Shown here: positions 32,073-43,034 of the stretch, piece after piece
Numbering within the stretch: the first letter of the stretch is position 1
Layout of the letters: every line of letters begins with the position of its first letter
Translations under genes and position numbers: made by a program
Assembly (NCBI GenBank): GCA_032718475.1
Contig: JAUCBJ010007280.1
Span: 1 to 43,034, forward strand
Origin: Nemertoderma westbladi
Lineage: Eukaryota > Animalia > Xenacoelomorpha
Direction of reading: 5' to 3'
DNA: 43,034 nt
Notes under the pieces: generated by a model
Databases searched by the model: none
The model's input: the letters and a program-made list of their open reading frames with translations, nothing else
Told to the model about the DNA's origin: nothing

Positions 32073-33132
32073 GTGTTATCAACCATTCCGTAGGATTAAG
32101 GTAAGCTGTTGTTAATCACCAGTTATATAATCTATAAAATAAATCAAGAACTATATTTTTTCATAGAGTTTTGTTGTGTTAATTCAAAAATTTAATAAAG
32201 TGACTGTGGACACAGCACATATCTCAGTCACTCATAATCCCTCACTGTTCATACTTATTAATTCTCAAGTCCTGTGTTTTTGAATGACAAAGCATGAATG
32301 CAGCACATAGAGGGAAATTTCGACGCAATGAAAATTCAACTTTCCAGGGGAATGCGACGCAAATAACAGCTGAATACTCATAAAAATAAAAATAAAAATG
32401 TTAATGTTTACAGTCCCAATCCCAATAAACATTAACTTGGTCGTTTTGGTGGCCAAAATGACCAAAATCGCCAAAAAAATGTAGTGTATTCCTATGGGCT
32501 ACTTGGTTGGCGAAGCGATTTAACTCGACTCAGTCAAGTCCAGACAGCCCGTCTCCTTGGACATCCATTTGGTTGCTCTGACTAAATGTCAGCTCGCTTT
32601 CATTTTTATTAATGACAGATTGCTAACTTACCTGGAGCTGAGTCGGGCCTTTCAGTTGTAGTAAAGACCACCCACTGAGGCATTGATACAGCACAGGCTA
32701 ATACGTAATAAGGGAGTTAGTTGAATGCGGCTTTGTTAAAAGGAGGTGTATGTATAATAATCGGATTTTGTGTATTATTATTAGATAATCACTTCTCACC
32801 TTTTCCTTTGTGTAGCTTCAGTTTAGAGTCATTATGAAATGGCAACGTGTTCTGTATGAAGGCGTCCTAATTAAGTTTTATAGTTAGAAGCTGGGTCTGT
32901 GACAGGGCGAGAGGTACCTATTAAATAGCGACACTCAGTCTCGAACGAGTTCGGTATACTGATGAAATTCAGATTACAGTAGACGGCGCGGCCTATTTCT
33001 AGTAGCTGGGTCTGAATTCGAAGGCGATAGTAACTGAAAACATTATAATATCAGGCTCTGGCTCTGTGCTAACAGTCAACAGAGTCGGCATATTTGGGTG
33101 AATTTATGATGATGTAATTATTATTTATCGAG

Positions 33133-33394
33133 ACAGGGGGGGGGGGGGGGGGGGGGACTGGACGCAAAACTCGCCTTGGCGAATTAATATCCCGCCTCAA
33201 TGTTAAATTCTCAATTTAAGGAAATGAGCAGGTTATAGTGGCACGTTATTTTAACCAAAACAATAAATTAAACATAAATGAACAGTTTTATTTTTGAGAG
33301 TAATCATCTGTTATTTGCGTCAAATTTCCCCTGGAGAGTTATGAATTTTTATATATTGCGTCCAGTCCCCCCCCCCCCCCCCCCCCCTAACTGT
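33133..33394. mobile_element. MITE with poly-G/poly-C TIRs
   Basis: ACAG(G)nACTGGACGCAA ... TTGCGTCCAGT(C)nTAACTGT. Confidence 0.7.
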
Positions 33395-34062
33395 ATTTAT
33401 GAGAGCATTTTTATTATAGCGTACTAAACAGCTAAATAAAGAAAAATCTATGTAAAGTACTTTTCTCATATTTTAAAGAATTTTTACAAATTAAATATAT
33501 GAACTTGTTATTTTTATTACCAATCGAATAGAATTAAAGTAAATAATTAATTATTACACTGCAAGTGCTAGCACACTGCTTATAACCTAAGTGACAGGTA
33601 AAGGTGTGTTAATTATTAGATTAGTAAAAAATATGTAGAAAATACTAAGTTAGGGCGCCTCACACTGCACTCTTTCAGGCATGTTTACTACAGTGGCGAG
33701 TCCAGCCATTACTACACTGGAGCCTTTCTCTCTACCTAAAGGTAGAGAGAACTCTACCTCAGAACTCTACCTCAGCGCCAACATGCTGGGCTTTACCTAC
33801 ACTCAGCATGTATTCACTGGCTGTGATTGACAAGCCAACGTGCCTCAGCAGATTGTTATTGGCTATCAACCACATCAGGCGAATTTAGCGAAATCTTGTG
33901 TACAAGTTTATCCTGATTTTGCTTATCTGTGTATTATAGACATACATGGTGGGGCATAATAACCGCAAGTTAAAATTGTCATCTTTATCACTAATTTACC
34001 GCAAGGGAAATATACAGTATAAAAATACAAGACACGTTTGTATATTGGAAGAAGCCGCTAGA

Positions 34063-34758
34063 CTATGGTGAAATACAACACATCGTGCAACAGTTTTTGA
34101 ATAATAAAGGTGTGGTGATTGCTGCCTTTAAAGATAATTTTCCTGGGATAGAGTGGATTCGAGGTTTTCTAAAGAGACATAACCTTAACACAACGTATGG
34201 CTGATAATATCAAGCCAGCAAGGGCAAAACTCACTCCAGATGTGATAATTGATTTCTATAACGAACTGAAGACTGAAGTTGAAGGTGTGCCGCCACGAAA
34301 TCTTGGCAATTACGATGAAACTGGATTCTCTAACGATCCTGGGTCAAAACGGGTTATTTGCCGCCGAGGCACTTTACGCATTGAGCGTTCAATAAACAAC
34401 AGCAAACAGATGACATCAGTCATGTACAGTGGTTCCGCGGATGGAACCCTTAATCCAGTTATGGTTGTCCACAAGGCCAAGCATATGTATGAGGGGTGGA
34501 CAGTCGGGGGCCCAGTTGGGGCTCATTATAGTTCAACAGAGTCCGGCTGATTCAATATGGATAAATTTGAGGAATGGTTTTCCACAATTTATCTTCCCTC
34601 AATAAAGGATTTGCCAGGCAAGAAAGTCTTGATTGGCGATAACCTTGGGTCACATATGTCTACGTCCAAGTAGTGCAATCTTGCCTTGATAATAATATTC
34701 GCTTCATTCCGCTGCCTCCCAACAGTACCCACATCCTTCAGCCCCTAGATGTGGCTTT
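34063..34758 (+). pseudogene. pogo/Tigger-like DDE_1 transposase fragment
   Basis: PGIEWIRGFLKRH, NYDETG, SG*FN (W>stop), VLIGDNLGSH, LPPNSTHILQPLDV. Confidence 0.92.
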
Positions 34759-35836
34759 GAACCCTAACACTTGGGCCTAAAACCAACTTGAGGATATTAA
34801 CATATGACCATTCTATTGGAAGCTACACAACTCTACTTAATATTTTGAAATCTCTTTCTAACAAAGATCCGAAGTCATTGTGTAGTGATATCTTAAAACA
34901 CTTTGATAACTCAAAAAATTGATTAAAACATATAGGTCAAGGTTGAACAAAGGTGCAACAGTCAGTGTTACGTGTAATTGGTACCTAATGGTCACAGATT
35001 CCACTTCTCAGATGTAGTGCTTATACCAATTTTCCCCAGAGGCTTGGTGAACACCAACATTACCATTTGAACGTTTGTATACAATGGATCAAGAACTTAA
35101 GCCCATATTCGAATTAGCTAGGGATCAAATTGTGGAGTTATACTTAAATATCGCCATCAGTGAAGACAATAATAATACTGATTATATAGACACAATTCTG
35201 AGCGCCTACTCGTTTACTGACATGAAAATATGTTCCATATGCCATGCTAAATATCCAAGGTCTAAGCGGAAATGTGACTTGTGTGGATCTCTTCTTAAAA
35301 TAGCACCACAGCCCGAACTTGTTCCAGGCAGTTTTTATTCCACTGATAAATAAATAATTATATGAAATAACATTTTGAATGTAATCTATCCGTCATCGAA
35401 GATGATTCAATACGATCACCAGTAATGGTGTATCCCAGCTCGGACTGCAAAGGCATCAGTGATTTCTTTTGCAAAGACTGTCAATCCATATATATAAGCT
35501 GCAAATCGTCCATCCATCCGTCGTGTCTTGTCACTTAGATAAGCTCACTGCTTCACCAGCAGCTATAAAACTACCTCAGCCTAGCATAGCCAGAACCGCA
35601 GCCTGGGCAGGTTGGCTAAGGCTGGTTGGATAAAGGCAGGCTGAGATACCAAATCCAAGACCAAGACTGAGTACCAATCACAGCAAACTTCTCTAAGGAA
35701 GGACATTGACATAACTTTTCAATTTGATTACTCATGGCAATGATATTAATAATATAAAACTTTTACTGACTGTGTGTCAACCTCCTAACCATTTGGATTC
35801 GAATTATTGTTATTGGTAATTAATTGGTAATTAAAG

Positions 35837-36582
35837 ATGGTTGGAGTCTATTTAGAAGAAGATGTATTTAGCCACGGCCAGTTATATGTAGCCCTGAACC
35901 GTTTACAACATTCAGTGGTCTCAGAATTTTTACCCCCAATGGCAACACAACAGTCACCAATGTTTTGTTTCCTGAACTTCTTATATAAACAATATTACAG
36001 TATAATAGTGTTCAAATTTGTATGTATTTGAAGAGTATTAACTCCATTATGGTTATGATTTATTACATACAAAGTAGCAACAACTGTATAAACATGGTTG
36101 ACTACTAATTAATGTTTTTCTTTTCATTTTCTTTTCTATTGACAATTCAGAAAAATTTGCGATTTCCGTCACTTATTATATATAATAAGTATACACCATG
36201 TCCCGTAATATAGTGTAATTTTCTGATGACACGGACCCCCCCCCCCCCCCCCCCCACATTTTTCTACAAATCTTTATCATATTGCTTGAAATTTGAAACA
36301 CAACTACAGTAGTTCAACTCACCGTCGATGACCCCATGAAGCCGGAATTTTCGATTTTGCCTTTAAATTTTTTTTATAAGCGTTTTAAAAAAGTGTCTCG
36401 TGAGCGTTTTAAAAAAGTGTCTTGTGCGATGGGGAGGTAGGGGTAGGGGGGGGGGGGGGGGGGGTCCGTGTCATCAGAAAATGAAACTATATTATGGGAC
36501 ATGGTGTATAATGTCACTTATTGTTTTTAGTGTGATCAAATGTTACTAGCTGTAGGCGGCCCGAAGGGCCGCCTACAGCTAG
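35837..36582 (+). mobile_element. 3' end of a Helitron (RepHel helicase C-terminus, hairpin, CTAG)
   Basis: VGVYL..DVFSHGQLYVALNR, frameshift, then TTFSGLRI...TNVLFPELL*; GC hairpin ending in CTAG|T at 36579-36583. Confidence 0.8.
36194..36506. mobile_element. Tc1/mariner-type MITE nested in the Helitron
   Basis: TIR CACCATGTCCC.TAATATAGT...ATTTTCTGATGACACGGA(C)n at both ends; TA on each side. Confidence 0.88.
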
Positions 36583-36624
36583 TATAATATAATATATATA
36601 TAATATAATATAATAGTAGATTCG

Positions 36625-37126
36625 CTAAACTCTGATCTACATTTCTATTTCATCCATCGGTGCAAAGCTCTCAGAGATAATGAATGTGTACCAATAAGGT
36701 CCCTCCCCATAGACGCCGTTTAGATTGGACTGGCTACTGTTGCACCTCCAATACCACCAAGCCCCTTTGAGAACAGCGGTGCAGTTTCCGAAATAATAAT
36801 CGTTATCGCGATCATAGGTTGACAAAGGTTGTCCATTCTCATAAAGTATTGAATTACCAGCTGTACCGCTGTACCCGGATATACTGTATGTAGCATGTAA
36901 TTACTATTCGAATCACCGATAATGAAGTAATTATACTCGGTATACTTGTGTTCTTCTTTGTACCACAGATCAATCAATCCTCAGTTTGACTCTGGCTTTG
37001 GTAAGTTCATAGATGTTGGTGAGTCCTAACCAAAAGTTATTTTCTACGTCACCGAAACCATGGATGTATTCCGACCATCCCATAAAGAAATCCTAGGACC
37101 CATCTATTCGCCTCTGTATCACCAGG
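36625..37126 (-). pseudogene. Fibrinogen C-terminal (FReD) domain pseudogene, no intron in the visible part
   Basis: VIQRRIDGS*DF..WSEYIHGFGD..NFWLGL..LRID / STYDRDND...NC....KGAWWY..C....NLNGVY, with a stop and frameshifts. Confidence 0.92.
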
Positions 37127-37399
37127 GACCCACGGGGGCTCTGTCATCGTGGTGAAGTGAACCATCCAATCCACTGGAGTGGCTGATTAAGGAAATGGTG
37201 TCTACTGGGGTATTCGAGCAAATGGATGCAGGAAGGGATGTTGGCGTGGATCTGCTTGTATCGATATTGCTATTCCGATTGTGATTGGTGATAGTTCAGG
37301 TGGGTATTCATAGTCTTCCTATGCATAATATGGCCTGTGAGATGCTATTTGGTGCTGCTGATGAGAGGAGCAAGAAGGGAGGTGGTGGTTCTGGACCAA

Positions 37400-38225
37400 C
37401 CATGACCTATGTCTCAGATTGAATGGTTTTTGCGCATCACCTGATCTTACATTCCACTCCTGTGGTTGGAATTTGAAGGAATTTAAGAAGAAAAAAGAAG
37501 AACTGAGGGATCTAGACATTGTATGGAGAAACTGTCAAGAATTCCTAAGTCAAGAATACTGTCAAGAAAAAGTCCAAAAATTTCTCAGATTTCAATACCG
37601 AACTTATTGAAATGAGCCAAAAAATATACAACTTAAACAAAAAATTCGAGAACTGGGTGGGTGGGTCTATCCCAACATCTGCATTAGATATTGAGATATG
37701 ATATGTTAGATAGAGTTAGATTTGATGGATAGAGATAGAGATAGATTATGAATAATGCTGAGGACAAAAAACAAGACCATCTTGCCAGTTTAATGATTCG
37801 AAATGCAAAAATCAATTTTAAAAACTTGAAGACCGATCACCTGTTATTTCAACTACCTGGCATATCAATTGATGATGACAAAACAAACTTAAAGTTACTC
37901 TATGGTGACCACCATGAAGGCCATCTGTCAGTTTGATTTGCGCACTGCTATTCAAAGTTATGATACCAATATCACCATACTAATGGCTTCCTCGTACAGT
38001 AATGCCAATGATACAGGTGTGTGTGTGAAGTTAATAAGGGAGAGTGTGATGGGACCAAGGTCGGCCAGTTTGTGTTTGCTCTATGGCATGATGAAAGGTC
38101 AGTTGGTGAGGTTGTCTCTGTTGACCAAGCGAAAGGACTCTTTATTCGCTATATGAAATGAACAAATACGTTAGATAATGACAATTGGAAGTGGCCAATG
38201 ATAGATGATTGTCATTTGGACCCTT
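37400..38225 (+). pseudogene. Possible decayed DNA-transposon coding fragment
   Basis: VGQFVFALW....VGEVV....FIRYMK*....WKWP..DD resembles C-terminal SH3/Tudor-like segments of invertebrate transposon proteins; weak. Confidence 0.25.
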
Positions 38226-39662
38226 GCTTCCTAACTTCTCCTAGTATATCCTGTTCTTGTACTTTCACCGCATTCATCATACACCCGACTTACATTTCAA
38301 TTGGTGAATGCTGCCATTTATATTATATCATTGGATAAGTAAACAGACAAAATATTGTAATTATTCACCTTATACTGTATAAATATATATATGTTTTATT
38401 ATATGTTCGCGCTTTTAGACCTTCAGCAGTTTAACCTGCCAATTTTAGTTGTCCTCTAGTTTATAAATCGACTTTAGCCTATATCGATTATTTAATGTAC
38501 TGAAGTTACATCAGCCGAAGCCAGTCTGTGCGCGATCATTCACCCACAGTTAAGGGAGACTGGATTCGGGTGCCTTGAAAGTTATTGCAATGTAAACCTA
38601 CTGTATTATTCGATTGATCGTTACTATATAATCTCTGACAATATATTTACTTTCGGGGAAATATTAACAGTTCCTTTAGGACGTGGCGCTTTAAGTATAA
38701 AAACAGAGTTATGACTTATACTAATCACAACTAGATGGCCACAGAGTTTCGTAAATAGCGCATTCTTTAGGAGATGCTTTATTATCTTTCACACTACTAC
38801 ACACGACTTCACACTACTTCACACTACTGCGCACTAATCTGCCGACCGTCACTGAATTTGATCATATATAAGGAGGATTGCAACTGACACAAGTAGGGAT
38901 TATGAAATAGCATTTAATTCACACAAAAACCACTATTATTTAAGTCGCAATTGCTACCGGTAACCTGTTCCTCTTACCTTCAGTAATCAAGAAGATTGGG
39001 GGTTTTATGATTATTTATCGGTATTCTCCAAATATATCAGCAATATACATCAATATAACAACAATTAATAACAGAAGTAAAATAATGCGGTGAACAGTCA
39101 GCATGTGTTACTTATGCAGTTATGAAGTCAGGCAGTCAGGTGAGTTCGTAAGTGGTTGGTATGGTATGATATGTGTTCAGGATAATAGATTTACGTTCCT
39201 ATAATCCAAGCCATCTGATGTTTAGGCCAAAGTCTGAAACTTCCAAAACAGAAGTACAGAAGATTCCAAGCCGGTTCTGAGGCTCAGAAAGGTAAACAAA
39301 GACCGTAATGCATTGCGCGGGTTTCCATAGGCCTCTGTAAAACATAAAGTGAAAATCGCTCTGATTGGCTGAGCAGAACAACGAAATTCCACGTCCATAA
39401 AGAATCAGCTGATAGATTTCGTCATCTGGGCTCTGATTCCTCCCTTTCCCGTAGTTGGATAAATTTAGGGCTATCTTAGAGTATTCTGCGCATTGCGGCA
39501 AAAATGACTTGTTATGTCCTCAAAAGCATCTACACTGCGCATTGCGGGAAAAAATGACTTGTTATGTCCGCAAAAGCTTTTACACCGCTCCCAGAAAATG
39601 GGATTTAAGTCTATAAAATATAAAAAATCACAGTTTCTAAAATATAAAAATACTCTAAATGG

Positions 39663-40283
39663 TTAGTCCTTCTTACGTGAACGGCGTTTACGAAGTTTTT
39701 TGAGGCTAGCAAGAGTCCTTTTCTCTTTGGGGCAAGCCACTTTACTAGGAGGGCTATAACTCCTGGGTGAGGGGTGCAATATGATTGCATCGGAAGGTTT
39801 AGGGTTACTGTCGGTGTATCCGCTGGTCGAGGTACCCGGTTGATCGATATCAACCTCAGTGGAACGAGGTCGAACAACCTTTAGAGCGCGTTTCAAGACA
39901 GCAGCTCTTACTGGTCCCTGACGGGTCGTTGGCACGAGAGTGGTAGGCGGACTGTGAGTAGTGAGAAATTTCCTCGGTTTGATGGTTCTTTCTAACTCGC
40001 GTTCTCGGGCTCTATATTCATAGGGTCGTCTATGAACTTCCTGTAGTTCTGGATGCGAGTTGATGAACAAGTCACCATATTCCGGATCTTGATGGATGAA
40101 GTTGATCAAGTTATAGGAATTAAGGTCGTTAGGATTAATGTTCCTGAGGTACTTGCGAACAAATTTGGTCGAAATATTCTCGCCAACACGCTTCATTAGC
40201 TCGTAGCTCGGTGTGCGAGATTTTTGCTCAACGGAAGCAAAGAGATACCGGTTAAATGCATAGACTCCTTCATAGGTTGCCAT
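39663..40283 (-). CDS. Orphan 206-aa protein with basic, NLS-like C-terminus
   Basis: Open from gaaATGG (MATYEGV...) to ...KKLRKRRSRKKD; globular-looking N-half and Pro/Ser-rich tail; no family recognised. Confidence 0.55.
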   Translation of the reverse strand: MATYEGVYAFNRYLFASVEQKSRTPSYELMKRVGENISTKFVRKYLRNINPNDLNSYNLINFIHQDPEYGDLFINSHPELQEVHRRPYEYRARERELERTIKPRKFLTTHSPPTTLVPTTRQGPVRAAVLKRALKVVRPRSTEVDIDQPGTSTSGYTDSNPKPSDAIILHPSPRSYSPPSKVACPKEKRTLASLKKLRKRRSRKKD

Positions 40284-41195
40284 TTCCTGGTGCTTCAAAC
40301 GGTGCCGTTTAAAATGGCCCAACTCTACATGATTTTGTCAATTTACAGATAGGCCATTTTAAATGGTGCCGTTTAAAATGGTCTATGTTGCGGGATAAAT
40401 CCATTAATAATGTAATTATTGATAAGGGCATGCATGACGGGCTTTAGCTTGTTTGGATTGAAGCGAAGGGACCATCAGAGAGGGATATTGGTGTAAATTG
40501 TTGGGAGAGCGTCTGGTTATTGAGTGTGAGAGAGAGAGAGAGAGAGAGGGAATCTGTATTGAGCTGTGATGGTTAGATTGCAATGGCGCGAGGTGAGTGG
40601 TAATTAAAAGGTCGGGTGAAGGGCAATGTAATAGTAAGCTGAGGGGGGAACCTGTTACCGTGTAGAAACAAGCCAATAAAAATAGCTTCCTGGTTGACAC
40701 GGTAGGGAGTGCCTTATTGCTAGAAAAGTTTGGTTAACCAATCAGGATGCAATATAGATAGATAGAAAAATCCAATCTTGTTTTATATACGAACAATATA
40801 TTATTTATGATGTAAATTAATTAGGACAGAATCCCCGAGAGGATACAATGATTTGTAATGGGGCCCTTTGGCAAAAAAACCGATTAGCATCCTGTTTGGT
40901 TTCCCATAATTAAATATATTATTTACCGGTGAATTATTAGTACATATTATTAACTGAAATAACTAAAAAGGAAGAAGAAGATAAACTATCATTTTTCATA
41001 GTACGTAAATTATGGGACGAGCCTTACGGGCGGGTTTTCGGTCAAACCCATATACCGTGTAACCACTGAGGGGATTCCAGGAACAAAATTACAAATCAAT
41101 TATCCAAAAAAGAAGATGACCAATAATTAACTAAGCTTAAGCCCTCCTTAATGAAAATAATGAAGAACAAATCGAGAGTAAATTAAAGTCGAAAT

Positions 41196-43034
41196 ATGTC
41201 TTCTATTGGTGGAGGGAGTAACATAGCAGAAAAAATCCAGGCGGATAACTTATCTACAACTGATGGATGGATTAGGACGGGTAAGGTTCTCGCGCGGACA
41301 CCCCCTGGTGGTCCTAGTGGTATACCGTTGTCCGAGGGTGATGAGAACATTCAACCATACGAACCTGAATCTACCAACGAGTACAATGGACGAGTGGGAT
41401 GGGCAGAGCCTTCCGGAATTACCCAAACGGCCCAGGAAACGCAAAAGGACGCCGGCCAGGGGATACCCCCAATTGAGGAAGGACCCCCTCCATTCCAATA
41501 TGGCGGGCCCCCAAGGGATTTGTTTCCGGACCTACAAAGAATGAGAACCAGACAGGCGAAACCAAACCCGCAGATAATTCACGCCACAGACCCGGAATCC
41601 ATATTGAGGAGTGGCAGGAGGGCTGAACGAGAACTATTTGGAACTGAGACAAATCCCAGGTTGGAGCTTCCTGATCCTATAAAACTCGGTAAGATACTTG
41701 ACTCATTACATACATACTTAAATCATTTACGTGCGTATGGAGAGAATTCAAAGGCTGATGAACTCCAGCAAAGGGTTGATTCCCAGCTGAAGGGGAGCCA
41801 ACTAGAAATCTCTCCAAACGCTAATACAGTTAACCAGGAAGTAGTAGTGGCAACTGAGGAGGGGTCAGAGGTCCATCGGTCTAATGTCTCACATCCCGAA
41901 ATAAATCCCGAGGATTCAGTTTCCCAAGCAGGTGTGAGTCACCTTGTTGAGAGGAAAAGTCAAGTTGGATCGATGGGGGGTTCTCTCCGTTCCTCAGTTG
42001 TGGCTCGATTCCGTGAGAGAGTAGCAAGAGAAGACAGAGCGATGGCACTTAAAAATTTGTGGAAATGTGCAGAACGTGAGGCCAATTTAAAACGTGTGGA
42101 ACGAGCGGAACAACTTAAGGAACTTGAATTAAAATCTAAAATTGAGCGAGAACTAAAATTGATTGAGGCAGAGGATCAGTTAGCTAAATTGGAAGAACAA
42201 TCATCTGATGTGGCCTGGAATGAGCGTGATGTCAGTAGAACGAATAAAAATATTGAAAAATATGTGAAAGGTGTAATCCAGACATCAAAACCCCTTTCTG
42301 AAGGTGTAGTTCGCCCAAAGCAAAAACAAATAATACAGCCACGTCCCGCTATTGATTTGGCTTCAGAGAATATAGGATTTATACCACGCCCATTGAAATT
42401 GCCAAATAAGCAGGTTCAAAAAACCCCTAAAATTCTAGTAGAACCTAATAAAATAATATTACAAAGTAATCAACCAATGGGTATTAGTGGCCAAAGAACT
42501 GTAACTCAGCCATTGGTTAATGCGGTGGGTGAATCCAATACTATTAATCCTCCTAGGGTACCAGTTTACGATTTCTCTGAAATATACAGTAGACAAGATG
42601 ACTGTAATGTAAATGAAAGGAATGGTATATCGGTATCTCGTATGCCCATAACAATGAATACAGAATTAGAAAATAATGTAGAATATAGTAGACCTGCTGA
42701 TGGGTATGTTGTAACCCAATCTACTCCTGTTATGGCAAGAGTTAATACAGGTGATAATAATACTGTCAATAGGGTTACTACAGAGAAGAAATTAGATCCC
42801 CGGTTAAATCCTAATGTTAATCATTTTAACCCAGGAACAAAATATATAATGTCAACAAACAATATCAGTGAAATTAAAAGAACTGAGTTTTTAGGGATGC
42901 CAGAGACCAATCAAAATTCAGAGATTGGTCTCGGCCAATTGAGATACCCAATAATTGGTGGGTATAACAGGAAAACCTATGGACAAACTACCGGAATTAA
43001 TACCGGTGAATATTCAGGTGTTCCAGGGGATCCC
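41196..43034 (+). CDS. gag: N-terminal Gag region of a probable BEL/Pao polyprotein, running off the window
   Basis: Hand translation gives 613 open codons from ATG 41196. EINPEDSVSQAG followed by Ser-rich and coiled-coil segments, and LNPNVNHFNP, are typical of BEL Gag N-termini. Confidence 0.65.
   Translation, partial: MSSIGGGSNIAEKIQADNLSTTDGWIRTGKVLARTPPGGPSGIPLSEGDENIQPYEPESTNEYNGRVGWAEPSGITQTAQETQKDAGQGIPPIEEGPPPFQYGGPPRDLFPDLQRMRTRQAKPNPQIIHATDPESILRSGRRAERELFGTETNPRLELPDPIKLGKILDSLHTYLNHLRAYGENSKADELQQRVDSQLKGSQLEISPNANTVNQEVVVATEEGSEVHRSNVSHPEINPEDSVSQAGVSHLVERKSQVGSMGGSLRSSVVARFRERVAREDRAMALKNLWKCAEREANLKRVERAEQLKELELKSKIERELKLIEAEDQLAKLEEQSSDVAWNERDVSRTNKNIEKYVKGVIQTSKPLSEGVVRPKQKQIIQPRPAIDLASENIGFIPRPLKLPNKQVQKTPKILVEPNKIILQSNQPMGISGQRTVTQPLVNAVGESNTINPPRVPVYDFSEIYSRQDDCNVNERNGISVSRMPITMNTELENNVEYSRPADGYVVTQSTPVMARVNTGDNNTVNRVTTEKKLDPRLNPNVNHFNPGTKYIMSTNNISEIKRTEFLGMPETNQNSEIGLGQLRYPIIGGYNRKTYGQTTGINTGEYSGVPGDP

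Noticed and set aside
31430-32104. Three overlapping ~200-aa ORFs
   Set aside because: The 49-bp unit lacks stops on the plus strand, so all frames are open trivially.
35075-35353. CxxC...CxxC zinc-ribbon ORF
   Set aside because: Probably a decayed transposon fragment; too little to assign.
38404-41195. Defined LTR and PBS for the BEL-like element
   Set aside because: No convincing CA|TGG junction found and the partner LTR is outside the window.

Overview
AT-rich, repeat-dense animal (probably invertebrate) genomic DNA made up almost entirely of nested, decayed transposable elements; I see no intact host gene. The main feature is a 12.6-kb Polinton/Maverick-derived structure (11267-23839, AGTAGT...ACTACT ends). 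It has two ~4.8-kb inverted arms, each carrying an integrase C-terminal half, a minor-capsid (penton) N-terminal half, a ~430-aa protein with PC4/PUR-like repeats and an acidic 147-aa ORF. The core between the arms holds a divergent TATA-binding-protein (TBP)-like gene and arrays of a modular GGGGCGAGCCATGAAGTGAGTG repeat. Flanks contain Gypsy (Mag-like) and BEL/Pao LTR element pieces, RTE and other LINE fragments, two 44-bp minisatellite arrays, pogo, Helitron, MITE and SINE remnants, a spliced DUF4806/BEN-like fragment, a fibrinogen-domain pseudogene and orphan ORFs. All family assignments come from motif recognition by eye; no searches were run.
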